Of a stretch of DNA of 64,000 bases, positions 10,504 through 21,072 are shown in pieces. The notes beneath the pieces were generated by a model that saw nothing but the letters and a program-made list of their open reading frames with translations, was not told the DNA's origin and made no database searches. The position numbers and the translations under genes are program-made. Within the stretch, counting starts at the first letter, position 1; each line of letters begins with the position of its first letter. This DNA is from Opitutales bacterium (GTDB lineage: Bacteria; Verrucomicrobiota; Verrucomicrobiia; Opitutales; PNEW01), in assembly GCA_965197745.1 (NCBI GenBank), contig CBDANS010000007.1:128001-192000 (forward strand). The letters are read 5' to 3'.

Positions 10504-10535
10504 CGAAAATGAGATGATGCGATAATGGGGGGAAG

Positions 10536-12434
10536 ATGAGTGCGAAAAGAAATTCGAGAAAGATTCGCCTGACCACAGCTCAGGCCATGGTGCGGTATCT
10601 CCAGGTTCAATACAGTGAACGTGACGGAGAGAAGCACCGTCTTATTCGCGGAATTTTTGGCATATTCGGACACGGTAATGTAACGGGTCTGGGGCAGGCC
10701 CTTGAAGAATGTGGGGCGGAATTGCCCTATTTCCAGGGTCGCAATGAGCAGGGCATGGTGCATGTGGCATCCGGTTTTGCCAAGGCCAGTAAACGCTTAT
10801 CCACTTTCGCCTGTACTTCATCCATTGGTCCTGGTGCGACAAATATGATGACCGGCGCAGCAACGGCCACCATCAATCGCCTTCCCGTGCTCCTCATTCC
10901 AAGTGACTATTTTGGAACGCGATACCAGGGCCCTGTTCTCCAGCAATTGGAACATCCCATCTCAGCCGATGTTAGTGTCAATGATTGCTTCCGTCCGGTC
11001 AGCCGTTTTTTCGACCGCATCTTACGCCCCGAACACCTTCTCACCGCATTACCGAATGCCATGCGTGTGCTTACCGATCCCATAAACACGGGCACAGTAA
11101 CCATTGCCTTTCCTCAAGACGTACAATCACACGCCTTTGATTATCCGGTGCAATTCTTTGAGAAAAGAATATGGCGAATTGAGAGAGCGCTTCCACTGTC
11201 GCAGCGCATTGTCGAAGCAACGCAGATGATAAAGAGTGCGAGGCGGCCGATGATCATCGCGGGCGGCGGTGTCCATTATTCCGATGCCTGCAGCGAATTA
11301 GAGAAATTTGTGAATACCTTTGGCATTCCGGTAGCAGAGACCTTCGGCGGTAAAAGCTGCATTAGCAAAGCGACTCCAATGCTCCTGGGCGGGCACGGTG
11401 TTGAAGGCACTTCGGCTTCGGTGGATATCGCCGCGAAAGCTGACCTGGTCCTGTGCATAGGCACGCGGATGGCTGACTTCGCCACCGGTTCGCAAACGAT
11501 GTTCCAACACCCGGATGTTAAATTTATCGGGATCAATTTAGCAGGGTTCGACTCCATGAAACAGGGAGCTCTTCCCATAACTGCAGATGCCAGGGAAACG
11601 TTGATGGCATTACACAAAGCCTGCCGCAGCGCAGGAATTAAGCCCCGTGCCGCTTATGCTAAAGATATCAGGAAAGCGATAAGCAAGTGGGATAAAATTA
11701 CCGTCAAAGAATCCACGCGTACTTTTCCTAAAGAGGCGATGAGCCAGGGACATTTGATCAAGACGCTCAATGACGAAGCGAAAAATGGAGACACAGTCGT
11801 TGCCGCTGCGGGCGCGCCACCCGGAGACTTGCTTAAATTGTGGGATGCAACAGGGGGTCGTCGCTGTTTTCTGGAATTCGGCAATTCCTGTATGGGTTGG
11901 GAAATACCTGCCGGTTTGGGGGTGAGGATGACGCAGCCTAAAGGTGAAGTCTATGTCTACATTGGGGATGGCACCTACCTGATGAATCCGACAGACATTG
12001 TGACGGCGATACAGGAAGGTTTAAAGATTACGGTGGTGATTACGGATAATCATGGGTTCCAGGTTATCCGGCGATTGCAAATGTGGCGATCGGGGGTCAG
12101 CTTTGGAAACGAGTTTCGCAAGCGCGAGCGTAAAAAAGGAGGACGACTCGAAGGTGATTATCTTAAAATTGATATTGCAGAAAACGCGAAGAGCATGGGG
12201 GCGCGATCCTGGCACGCAAGCAATGAAAAAGAGTTAAAACAAGCTTTGCATGAAGCGCGAAAAGAAAAACGCAGTTGTGTTATTGTCGTTGAAACCGAAA
12301 AGCACCGCTATGCCGCTGGAGGTGGCGCGTGGTGGGACGCCGCGCCTGCGGAAGTCAGCAAATCACCGGTTACACGAAAAATACGCACGGAATATGAAGC
12401 CGACAGGAAAAAATTGCAGCGGCTCCATTATTAA
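10536..12434 (+). CDS. iolD: 3D-(3,5/4)-trihydroxycyclohexane-1,2-dione acylhydrolase (TPP-dependent)
   Basis: RLTTAQAMVRYL, GIFGHGNV, SIGPGATN, SCMGWEI, GDGTYLM. Confidence 0.95.
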   Translation: MSAKRNSRKIRLTTAQAMVRYLQVQYSERDGEKHRLIRGIFGIFGHGNVTGLGQALEECGAELPYFQGRNEQGMVHVASGFAKASKRLSTFACTSSIGPGATNMMTGAATATINRLPVLLIPSDYFGTRYQGPVLQQLEHPISADVSVNDCFRPVSRFFDRILRPEHLLTALPNAMRVLTDPINTGTVTIAFPQDVQSHAFDYPVQFFEKRIWRIERALPLSQRIVEATQMIKSARRPMIIAGGGVHYSDACSELEKFVNTFGIPVAETFGGKSCISKATPMLLGGHGVEGTSASVDIAAKADLVLCIGTRMADFATGSQTMFQHPDVKFIGINLAGFDSMKQGALPITADARETLMALHKACRSAGIKPRAAYAKDIRKAISKWDKITVKESTRTFPKEAMSQGHLIKTLNDEAKNGDTVVAAAGAPPGDLLKLWDATGGRRCFLEFGNSCMGWEIPAGLGVRMTQPKGEVYVYIGDGTYLMNPTDIVTAIQEGLKITVVITDNHGFQVIRRLQMWRSGVSFGNEFRKRERKKGGRLEGDYLKIDIAENAKSMGARSWHASNEKELKQALHEARKEKRSCVIVVETEKHRYAAGGGAWWDAAPAEVSKSPVTRKIRTEYEADRKKLQRLHY

Positions 12435-12460
12435 TATAATAAAAATTAAAGGACGAGAAG

Positions 12461-13348
12461 ATGAATGTTATGATAGGAACGGGACCAGACTCCTGGGGTG
12501 TGTGGTTCGGTGAAGATGAGAAACAGACACCCTGGCACCGGTATTTAGATGAGATTGTTGAAGCGGGTTACGAGTGGACTGAACTGGGTCCTTACGGATA
12601 CTTACCGACGGATTTTAATACGCTCAAGGGTGAGCTCGACAAAAGAAACCTGAAAGTGAGTGGGACTTTCGCCATGGAATTTCTCGACGATCCAGAATAC
12701 TGGCCGAGCCTGGAAAAGCAGGTGCTGGGAGCGGGAGAAAATCTCTCCGGGCTTAACGCGAAATATCTTGTTCTCATCGATAACACCTATACCAATCTTT
12801 TTACCGGCGAACCCATTAAACCCGCGACCCTCGATGATGACGGATGGAAACGACTGATTGAAACTACAAATAAAGTAGCTGGTATCGCTAAAGATAAGTT
12901 TGGTCTAACCCTGGTTTTTCATCCCCACGCTGAAACTCATGTCGAGTACGAAGATCAGATTGAACGATTTCTTGCAGATACGGATAAGGATCTCATCAAA
13001 CTTTGCTTCGATGTCGGGCATCACGCATACCGTAAGGGTGATCCCGTAAACTTTATGCGGCAGCATCATGATCGTATACCCTACCTTCACTTGAAAAGCG
13101 TTGATGCAGCATTACAGAGTAAGGTGGAAACGGAAAACATTCCCTTTGCCGAAGCGGTAGGCATGGATATGTTTTGCGAACCTTCCAAAGGCGCGGTCGA
13201 TTTTATCGCTTTTCGTGATCTATTGAGAGAAATCGATTACGAAGGATTCGCAATTGTTGAACAGGACTTGTATCCGGCGCCTTTTGACAAGCCCTTACCC
13301 ATAGCCAAGCGAACGAGAGAATACCTTAAGGAAATCGGCATCGGATGA
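12461..13348 (+). CDS. iolE: Myo-inosose-2 dehydratase-like TIM-barrel protein
   Basis: PDSWGVWF, ELGPYGYLPTD, FHPHAETHVE, IVEQD; directly follows iolD. Confidence 0.85.
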   Translation: MNVMIGTGPDSWGVWFGEDEKQTPWHRYLDEIVEAGYEWTELGPYGYLPTDFNTLKGELDKRNLKVSGTFAMEFLDDPEYWPSLEKQVLGAGENLSGLNAKYLVLIDNTYTNLFTGEPIKPATLDDDGWKRLIETTNKVAGIAKDKFGLTLVFHPHAETHVEYEDQIERFLADTDKDLIKLCFDVGHHAYRKGDPVNFMRQHHDRIPYLHLKSVDAALQSKVETENIPFAEAVGMDMFCEPSKGAVDFIAFRDLLREIDYEGFAIVEQDLYPAPFDKPLPIAKRTREYLKEIGIG

Positions 13349-14814
13349 ACTCAATTCAAAACTACGTCAATGGTCAATGGGTCCATTCATCCACTGACCG
13401 GAAATTAACAGTCATCAATCCCGCGACGGCGCAGACAATCGCGGAATTTCCCGTAACTCCTTCTGGCGAAGTAGATGAAGTGGTGCAGCGCGCCAACGAG
13501 GCGTATGAGGGTTGGAAGCGCACACCGGTGACAGAACGGATCCAGTTTCTTTTCAAATTAAAATTCCTCTTTGAAGAAAATATCGAGGAACTGGCACATG
13601 CCATTACGGAGGAGTGTGGGAAGACGAAGAGTGAAGCCATCGGTGAGCTGCGCAGGGGAATTGAAAATATCGAAGTAGCCTGTGGCGCGCCGATACTGAT
13701 GCAAGGGTACAATAATGAAGACATTGCGAGTGGCATTGATGAGCATATGATTCGCCAACCTTTGGGCGTAGTCGTATCAATCACCCCGTTCAATTTTCCG
13801 GGCATGATCCCATTCTGGTTTCTGCCCTATGCCATAGCGTGCGGAAACTGTTTTATTCTTAAGCCCAGCGAGAAATTGGGTCTGACGGCGCACAAAATCT
13901 TCGCCCTGCTCGAAGAGGCGGGGTTACCTGCCGGGGTCGTGCAACTGGTTCAAGGCAATAAGGAAACGGTGGATGCCTTGCTCGATCATCCTCTGGTCAG
14001 TGCTGTTTCTTTTGTCGGATCGACGGAGGTAGCGAAATACATTTACAGCCGTGCCACAGCAAACGGTAAACGGGCCCAATGCCAGGGCGGGGCCAAAAAT
14101 CCAATTATAATTTTGCCGGATGCCGATATAGAAATGACGACACAGATGGCGGCCGACAGTTTTTTTGGCTGTGCCGGACAGCGGTGCCTGGCGGGATCCG
14201 TGGCCATAGCCGTTGGTGATAAGAGCAACGAATTTAAGGATGCGATTGTTGACGTGGCGAAAAACCGAAAGGTAGGTTACGGCTGGGATGAGGGAGTAGA
14301 AATGGGCCCGGTAATTACTGCTGAGAGCAAAAATCGGATAGAGAACATTGTCGACCTGGGGGCCAATGAGGGAGCAAAAATAATTGTCGATGGGCGCGGC
14401 CGGAAAGTCAGCGGCTACGAAAACGGCAATTTTATTTTTCCGACGGTGCTTGAGGAGGTAAACCCGCAGGGGGAAATTGCGAATACTGAGATATTCGGTC
14501 CGATCTTAAGTATAATTCATGCCAAAGATATCGATGAAGCAATCGCCCTCATCAATAGTAACCGGTATGGTAACATGGCCTGTCTCTTTACTTCAAGTGG
14601 CGCGTCGGCACGAAAATTCCGCAATGAGTGCATCGTGGGAAATATAGGAATAAATATCGGGGTCGCCGCCCCCATGGCATTTTACCCCTTCAGCGGTTGG
14701 AAAGATAGTTTTTTCGGTGATCTTCACGCCCAGGGACGCCATGGAGTGGAGTTCTACACGCAGACAAAAGTCGTGGTTGAGCGCTGGCCAAAGGAATGGA
14801 GCCGCAAATTTTAA
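13345..14814 (+). CDS. iolA: CoA-acylating (methyl)malonate-semialdehyde dehydrogenase
   Basis: ITPFNFPGMIP, GGAKN, GCAGQRC, FSGWKDSFFGDLH. Confidence 0.92.
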   Translation: MNSIQNYVNGQWVHSSTDRKLTVINPATAQTIAEFPVTPSGEVDEVVQRANEAYEGWKRTPVTERIQFLFKLKFLFEENIEELAHAITEECGKTKSEAIGELRRGIENIEVACGAPILMQGYNNEDIASGIDEHMIRQPLGVVVSITPFNFPGMIPFWFLPYAIACGNCFILKPSEKLGLTAHKIFALLEEAGLPAGVVQLVQGNKETVDALLDHPLVSAVSFVGSTEVAKYIYSRATANGKRAQCQGGAKNPIIILPDADIEMTTQMAADSFFGCAGQRCLAGSVAIAVGDKSNEFKDAIVDVAKNRKVGYGWDEGVEMGPVITAESKNRIENIVDLGANEGAKIIVDGRGRKVSGYENGNFIFPTVLEEVNPQGEIANTEIFGPILSIIHAKDIDEAIALINSNRYGNMACLFTSSGASARKFRNECIVGNIGINIGVAAPMAFYPFSGWKDSFFGDLHAQGRHGVEFYTQTKVVVERWPKEWSRKF

Positions 14815-14877
14815 ATGGGATCATGATCAGCTATAGATCTTCAGTTGCGACAACGCAGTTATTTACTTCAATATCAA

Positions 14878-14976
14878 GGTGGAACGCGTCCTGCGATGAA
14901 CTATGTCAAATCGTGTCCCTAGCACGTTTGAATATGTCGTAATTGGTAAAGCGTGCTAGGGACAGCCCGCTCCACC
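14878..14976. repeat. Inverted pair of REP-like units after iolA; left unit carries a 24-bp insert
   Basis: GGTGGAACGCGT[insert]TGTCCCTAGCACGTTT vs AAAGCGTGCTAGGGACAGCCCGCTCCACC; the same unit recurs at 57250-57316. Confidence 0.8.
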
Positions 14977-15056
14977 ATGGGTTGCATGATTTAAAGAAGC
15001 CATAAAATCTAAAATATACATCAGAGACGTAGACGAAGATACAAACGAAGACGAAG

Positions 15057-15773
15057 ATGAATATTATCCTAATGGGTTGCGAATATGTCGGGAAATCAAC
15101 TCTCGCAACTGCGATAGGTAAATGGATTATAGAGAAAACGGGGTTACCCTATGTTCGCTGGCACGATCATTTTGTCATTCCGAGGATAGATTACCACCTG
15201 GTAATAAGAAAAGGGGATGACGCGAGTATCCCCGTTCCGGGTGAGAACAAGGAACCAATCACCGAAGTCGAGGAGGAACAGTTGCTCTCTCTATCACCTG
15301 TTCTGCTGGAACAATTTCAGAGATACCTTATCTGGCGTCATCTTCTCCCCGACGTCTTCATAGAAGAGGACTATCTCTTGATTAAATTTTATTATGCAGA
15401 CGCGGTATACGCGCCTCTTAATTACGGTTTCGGTGATCCGGGTACTTTTTCCGATCGTCGAATCAGGGCCCGGGCCTGGGACACCGAACTCTTGAAATGT
15501 GCGCCGGAGACCATTCTGGTATTGGTAAAATCCTCACCCGAAGCAATCTCATCCCGCATGAAGGAGGACCCGCGTCCTCGTGGCTTATTAAAAGAAAGTG
15601 ATATTGAGGAAGTGCTTCATCGATTTGAAGTGGAATACAAAGATTCAAGAATTCAAAATCGCTTAATCCTGGATACGACGACAAATTCCGTGGACGATAC
15701 TTTAAATCTGTTTAAACAACAGATTGAACCCTATCTCTCACCTAAAGACCTTAAACGGTTAATAAACGGATGA
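15057..15773 (+). CDS. P-loop NTPase, nucleoside-monophosphate-kinase-like
   Basis: Walker A GCEYVGKST at N-terminus; ILVLVKSSPEAISSR; LILDTT. Confidence 0.7.
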   Translation: MNIILMGCEYVGKSTLATAIGKWIIEKTGLPYVRWHDHFVIPRIDYHLVIRKGDDASIPVPGENKEPITEVEEEQLLSLSPVLLEQFQRYLIWRHLLPDVFIEEDYLLIKFYYADAVYAPLNYGFGDPGTFSDRRIRARAWDTELLKCAPETILVLVKSSPEAISSRMKEDPRPRGLLKESDIEEVLHRFEVEYKDSRIQNRLILDTTTNSVDDTLNLFKQQIEPYLSPKDLKRLING

Positions 15774-16798
15774 AAGCACTGGTTACCGCGAGAGCAGGTG
15801 ATTTTGGGTTGGTTGAAAGACCAGTCCCTGAACCAGCCGCTGATGAAGTCCTTTTAAAAATTTCTAACTCTGGAATTTGTCGTAATGATTTGCGTATCAA
15901 AAGGGGAATTCATACTTCGATAATTTATCCACTTATCCCCGGGCATCAATTTTCAGGTGTGGTTGAGGCCTGTGGAGCAGAAGTAAAATTCGCTAAACCG
16001 GGAGATAGAGCTGCGATCCATTCTTATGTTGTATGTGGACACTGCGCAGCTTGCCACATCGGAGACACTCATTACTGTGACACCTTAAAGGCACTGGGTT
16101 TTACCCTTGACGGAGGCTTTGCCGAATACGGCATTCTGCCTGAGAGGAATCTATTTTTACTGCCCAGTAACGTGAATCTTCTCGAGGGGGCGATGGTAGA
16201 AAATCTGGCCAATGCCGTTGCTGCGGTTCGACATTCAAATCTACAAATGGGTGAGAAAATAGCGATCATCGGGGCGACCCCGATAGGATTGTTGTCATTA
16301 CAAGTCGCGCGTTTGTCTTCTCCCTCCAAAATAGTTTTGGTCGGTAGTGGAAATAATCGATTAAAGCTGGGACAAGGTCTGGGTGCGGATCATATAGTCG
16401 ATGTGGATAAGAGTGGCTATACCGATGAAATCAGAGAAATTCTCGAAGGCAAAGGTGTTGATGTTGTCATCGTTTGCGGGAAAACCCAGAATGAATTCGA
16501 ACTGGCGATGGAAATTGCCGGGTGGCGTGGACGGATCGTCGTTGAAGGCCATTATGATCCGGATGTAGAAACAAGCTTTTCCCCTTTTAAATTACTTGTG
16601 GAGCGATCCGTGAGCCTGCAGGCAAACTGCGGTTGGCTAACCCCTGACTTTCATCACGCCCTTAGCCTACTGGAACGAGAAGTGGTGAACGTGAAATCAA
16701 TTATTACTCATACCTTTCCATTTGAGGAATGGGAAAAAGGGTTTGATGTTTTCGCGAATGGGGAGAATCAATCGATACAAGTGATGTTGAATATTTGA
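15770..16798 (+). CDS. Zinc-dependent alcohol/polyol dehydrogenase (MDR)
   Basis: GICRND, GHQFSG, CGHCAAC...C, DGGFAEY. Confidence 0.9.
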   Translation: MKALVTARAGDFGLVERPVPEPAADEVLLKISNSGICRNDLRIKRGIHTSIIYPLIPGHQFSGVVEACGAEVKFAKPGDRAAIHSYVVCGHCAACHIGDTHYCDTLKALGFTLDGGFAEYGILPERNLFLLPSNVNLLEGAMVENLANAVAAVRHSNLQMGEKIAIIGATPIGLLSLQVARLSSPSKIVLVGSGNNRLKLGQGLGADHIVDVDKSGYTDEIREILEGKGVDVVIVCGKTQNEFELAMEIAGWRGRIVVEGHYDPDVETSFSPFKLLVERSVSLQANCGWLTPDFHHALSLLEREVVNVKSIITHTFPFEEWEKGFDVFANGENQSIQVMLNI

Positions 16799-16842
16799 TA
16801 TTTATGGTGAGACGAAAAAACTGCAAAAACTGAAATAGTACT

Positions 16843-17703
16843 ATGTATGTAAACTTATCGCCCGGAGCATTAGGTTTGAAAGCAAACCTGGCGGAGACTA
16901 TCCGACTCGCAAAGGATCACGGTTTCGAGGGGATAGATCTACCGCTCGCGGAGGTTGCGGCCTTACCGAATCCGGAACAAGTCGCTGAAGAGATGAATGC
17001 CGCTGGACTGCGCTGGGGAGGATTTTCTCTGCCTGTTAATTATCGCAAGGACGAAGCGACTTATGAGGCAGGGATGGCCCTTTTAGAAAAGTGGGCACCC
17101 ATCGCGCAGCGAATCGGCTGCGATCGCTGCTACACGCCCATCAGACCGGGTGATGATGAACTCGATTATCGCGCCTGTTTTGACCTGCATGTAAAACGCT
17201 TAAAACCCATAGCTGTTCTTTTCGCGCAACACGAGATCCGCTTTGGCCTGGAATTTATTGGACCTAAAACTTTGCGCGATGATTTTCGTCATACTTTTAT
17301 TTACACGATTGGAGGCATGCTTGAACTGTGTGAAGCAATCTCCGTTGATCCTCATGAGAGAAAAGATCGAATCGGTGTTCTCCTGGACTGCTATCACTGG
17401 TGGACGAGCGGTGGGACAGAATCAGACCTGCTGGAATTGCTTAACAATGACAATATCATCTATGTCCATGTCAATGATGGCCGCCCCGGTCGCAGTCGCG
17501 ATGAACAGATGGATCTTGAACGAACGCTGCCTTGCGAGAGCGGGCTGATCGATGCAGGCACATTCATGCGTTGCATCACGAAGTTGAATTACGACGGCCC
17601 GCTGACGGCCGAGCCGTTTCTCCCAGAGTTGAGCGAGATACCCATCGACGCAGCAGTCGAACGAACAGCTCAAAGCATTCAGCAAATGATGACAAGCACC
17701 TGA
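16843..17703 (+). CDS. Sugar phosphate isomerase/epimerase (xylose isomerase-like TIM barrel)
   Basis: GLEFIGP, LLDCYHW, VHVND, TAEPF. Confidence 0.85.
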   Translation: MYVNLSPGALGLKANLAETIRLAKDHGFEGIDLPLAEVAALPNPEQVAEEMNAAGLRWGGFSLPVNYRKDEATYEAGMALLEKWAPIAQRIGCDRCYTPIRPGDDELDYRACFDLHVKRLKPIAVLFAQHEIRFGLEFIGPKTLRDDFRHTFIYTIGGMLELCEAISVDPHERKDRIGVLLDCYHWWTSGGTESDLLELLNNDNIIYVHVNDGRPGRSRDEQMDLERTLPCESGLIDAGTFMRCITKLNYDGPLTAEPFLPELSEIPIDAAVERTAQSIQQMMTST

Positions 17704-17723
17704 TCAAACAAGAGAAGGGAGCT

Positions 17724-18749
17724 ATGGCCAAAATTACTGGTTCGATTGGAATTGGCGTCATTGGCACCGGTGGTATGGGAGGTCGCCATGCCGGTAATAT
17801 TTACCATAGAATAATCGGTGCTCATCTCGCTGGGGTGTTTGATATCAATGAGGTAAGGGCTAAAGAAATCGCGTCAGAATGCGGCAATGTGCCTGTTTTC
17901 ACCTCTGCCGAAAAACTGATTACAAATGAAAATGTTGATGCGGTTCTCATCGCGACACCCGACGAGACACACGCTGATTTTACTTTAGCCTGTATTGAAC
18001 AGGGTAAAAATGTTCTTTGCGAGAAACCTCTGGCCACCGATATCACGGACGCGCGAAAAGTGGTTGAAGCCGAATGCGCATTGAAGCGCAGATTAGTGAT
18101 GGTTGGTTTTATGCGCCGTTTCGATTCTCCACACCTCGCGCTCAAGGAGGCCATAGCCCACGGTGAAATTGGCAGACCCAGGCTCTTCAAGGGTGTCCAT
18201 CGCAACCGTGAGGCACCGCCCGATTTCAAACGAGAGACAGTTTTTAATCAGGTGGCGATCCATGATATCGACTCTACGCGATGGCTAATGGAGAGTGAAG
18301 TAGATGAAGTCACCGTTCGTGGGGCGCATGTTGACCCCAGTGTTAAGGCAAAGGCAAGGGACCTGGTGCTGATAACGATGACATTACGCAGTGGTGGATT
18401 GGCCACAATCGAAGTGTTTGTCTCCGCCAGGTATGGGTATGAAGTATCAGCGGAAGTGGTTGGCGATGAAGGAACGATTACTACCACTCAGCCCGATCAA
18501 GCGCTCATAAGAACGAAAAGCGCTCGGCTCGTTAAAGTCCCGAATGAATGGCTGGCACGTTTTGATTTGGCATACATTAACGAACTGAAACATTGGGTGA
18601 AATCGCTGACGGAAGATTCAACGGTGGGAGCGGATGCCTGGGACGGCTACACGGCGTTGCTTGTTTCTGATGCCTGCATTAAATCGTTGAATTCGGGACA
18701 ACCCGTCAGTGTTTCAATTCCAGAGAAACCAGAAATTTATCATTATTAA
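17724..18749 (+). CDS. iolG: Gfo/Idh/MocA oxidoreductase, inositol 2-dehydrogenase-like
   Basis: GTGGMG, CEKPLA, VGFMRRFD, IHDID, YGYEV; ATG 17724 follows GAAGGGAG. Confidence 0.8.
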   Translation: MAKITGSIGIGVIGTGGMGGRHAGNIYHRIIGAHLAGVFDINEVRAKEIASECGNVPVFTSAEKLITNENVDAVLIATPDETHADFTLACIEQGKNVLCEKPLATDITDARKVVEAECALKRRLVMVGFMRRFDSPHLALKEAIAHGEIGRPRLFKGVHRNREAPPDFKRETVFNQVAIHDIDSTRWLMESEVDEVTVRGAHVDPSVKAKARDLVLITMTLRSGGLATIEVFVSARYGYEVSAEVVGDEGTITTTQPDQALIRTKSARLVKVPNEWLARFDLAYINELKHWVKSLTEDSTVGADAWDGYTALLVSDACIKSLNSGQPVSVSIPEKPEIYHY

Positions 18750-18828
18750 TTGGGAAGAAAAATATCTCCAGAGTTGGGAAAATCACTGTAGATTTATAAA
18801 ACGAAAGTATGAACGGAGGAAAATTACT

Positions 18829-19641
18829 ATGCAATGGGAGAAATTAAGTTCGGAAGAATTTGAAGAAGGAGTCATTAAATGTGGTGGAGTGTGTATCCTG
18901 CCGATTGGTGTGTTGGAATATCATGGCGCACAGCTTCCGCTCGGGACGGATCTGTATCGGGCGCACGGTATGGCTTGTGATGTCGCTGCCGTGGAACCTG
19001 CGATGGTATTCCCGAAATATCCTTTTACCGCAAATTTTGAAACAAAAGCTTATCCCGGTGGCATCGTCATCAATAATCGATTAATTTTTGAATTACTGGA
19101 AAACGTCTGTGACGAAATCTCCCGCAATGGTCTGCACAAAATACTCCTCATCAGCGGACACGGCGGGAATAAATGGTTTTTACCGCAATTTGTCATGTCC
19201 ATGTTGGATAAAAATAAGGATTACATCCTTTATTACGCTGACGCTCGTGGCCGTGATCCCGATGCGGTGGGCGGCTACATGGACAAGGATTTATTTAACG
19301 CCACCTTTGACTCGGTAGATTACGGACATGCGGATGAGTGGGAAGCCAGCGAAATGCTGCACATTCATCCAGAGCTGGTTCATATGGACAAAGCAGCCGA
19401 GGTGAATGAACCGCCCCGCGATCGCCTTGAGCATTTGCCCAATACTTACACCCCCGTGGACTGGTTTTCGCGTCAACCCGATTTGACGAGAGGAACACCG
19501 GGTCTTGCCACTGCTGAAAAGGGGAAAGTCTTCTGGGAACAGCAGATAAAATCGCTCGCTTCATTAGTCAAAGCGATAAAAGACGATACCAAAGCAAAGG
19601 AACTTTACGAAGAATTCAATAAGCGAATATATCGCAAATAA
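18829..19641 (+). CDS. Creatininase-family amidohydrolase
   Basis: EYHG..LPLGTD, GHGGN, GHADEWE; ATG 18829 after GGAGG. Confidence 0.88.
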   Translation: MQWEKLSSEEFEEGVIKCGGVCILPIGVLEYHGAQLPLGTDLYRAHGMACDVAAVEPAMVFPKYPFTANFETKAYPGGIVINNRLIFELLENVCDEISRNGLHKILLISGHGGNKWFLPQFVMSMLDKNKDYILYYADARGRDPDAVGGYMDKDLFNATFDSVDYGHADEWEASEMLHIHPELVHMDKAAEVNEPPRDRLEHLPNTYTPVDWFSRQPDLTRGTPGLATAEKGKVFWEQQIKSLASLVKAIKDDTKAKELYEEFNKRIYRK

Positions 19642-19646
19642 AAAAG

Positions 19647-21062
19647 TTAGCCGTCGAGCTCGCCTTCTTCCTTGAGCATACCAATGGTTTGACGAAATGC
19701 ATTGACGGTGGTTTCCCGGTCTTTGTCCGTGTGGACAGCTGAGACCGGTGCGCCTGGCCAGGACTGAACATCAATACCGTGTAAGAGTAAACCGATCCGA
19801 ATTTTTTTAGGCAGGGTAGGTTTCACGGGCGGGCGCAGGGTAAAATAATCAAATTTACCTGATTCGATTTCTTCGGGTGTAGTCTTGATATTATTGGGAT
19901 TAAGAAAAACATGGAATCCTCCATAAGTTCCATAGGAGATCCAGTTCAACCCTTCTTCTTTAAATACCTCGTTTAATTCACCTTGCAATCGGGTCCCATA
20001 GTTGATGGCACGCTCACAAACATCCGTTGATTTAACAATCTCCATGGCGGCTATTCCCGCGGCACAGGATGTAGGCATCGCGTTATAGGTACCTTGATGA
20101 CCGATCTTTTCAATATTGGCATCTTTTGTATGATGGAAATCGAGCAAATCGAGTATATCCTTTCGGCCTACGATGGCGGCACCGTGCATACCGCTAGCGA
20201 CAATTTTACCCAGTGTAGTCAAGTCGGGTGTAATTCCCAATGCCCCTTGAAGGCCGCCTGGTGAACAGCGGAAGCCACAGATGACTTCATCAAAAATTAA
20301 AACAATATTACGTTGTGCTGTAATCTCTCGTAATGATTGAAGAAAAGCTTTGGTTACGGGCACCTGCCCCCAGGTTGAACCTGTGGGCTCTAAAATTACA
20401 GCCGCGATATCGTCGTGTGATTCAATAATGCGACGTGTATCCTCAATATCCCAAGGGGGTGCGATGACTACATTTTCAGCGATTTCAGGTAAAACGCCGG
20501 TCGTGGGTGTTCCATCAAAATGAGAGACAAATCCGAATGAAACATGGTCCTGCCATCCGTGAAAATGTCCGGTGAATCGGAGTATCTTATTGCGGCCGGT
20601 AAAGGCTCGCGCCAGGCGTAATCCCAAGAGCGTTGCTTCCGTTCCGGAATTTGTTAGACGCACACGTTCAGCACAAGGTATCATCTCCTGTATCAGTTCC
20701 CCCCACTTTACTTCCAATTCATGACTGGCCCCGTAGTGAGTACCCCGGGATATTTGCTTTTCAACCGCTTCGACTAATGCTGGATGGGCGTGACCTAAGA
20801 GCAGGGCGCCGTGGCCTCCCGTGTAGTCTACATATTCATTCCCGTCGACATCCCACTTATGTGAGCCTTGCGCCCGATTGACGTAGATGCCATACGGCTC
20901 TATGTAGCGAGTATCATGCGTGATCCCACTGGGAAAAACCTTTCTTGCTTGTTCCGCTAATTGTGCCGAACCCGGTGTCTTGCGGCAGTATTCCTCAATG
21001 ATAGGAGAGTTGGTTAAATCTTCAGGAATAAGTGGTGACAGTAATTTTGTCGTTGAAGCCAT
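19647..21062 (-). CDS. Class III PLP aminotransferase (glutamate-1-semialdehyde aminomutase-like)
   Basis: WDVDGNEYVD, NSGTEA, FHGWQD, FDEVICGFR, TLGK. Confidence 0.9.
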   Translation of the reverse strand: MASTTKLLSPLIPEDLTNSPIIEEYCRKTPGSAQLAEQARKVFPSGITHDTRYIEPYGIYVNRAQGSHKWDVDGNEYVDYTGGHGALLLGHAHPALVEAVEKQISRGTHYGASHELEVKWGELIQEMIPCAERVRLTNSGTEATLLGLRLARAFTGRNKILRFTGHFHGWQDHVSFGFVSHFDGTPTTGVLPEIAENVVIAPPWDIEDTRRIIESHDDIAAVILEPTGSTWGQVPVTKAFLQSLREITAQRNIVLIFDEVICGFRCSPGGLQGALGITPDLTTLGKIVASGMHGAAIVGRKDILDLLDFHHTKDANIEKIGHQGTYNAMPTSCAAGIAAMEIVKSTDVCERAINYGTRLQGELNEVFKEEGLNWISYGTYGGFHVFLNPNNIKTTPEEIESGKFDYFTLRPPVKPTLPKKIRIGLLLHGIDVQSWPGAPVSAVHTDKDRETTVNAFRQTIGMLKEEGELDG

Positions 21063-21072
21063 GGCGTGTCCT

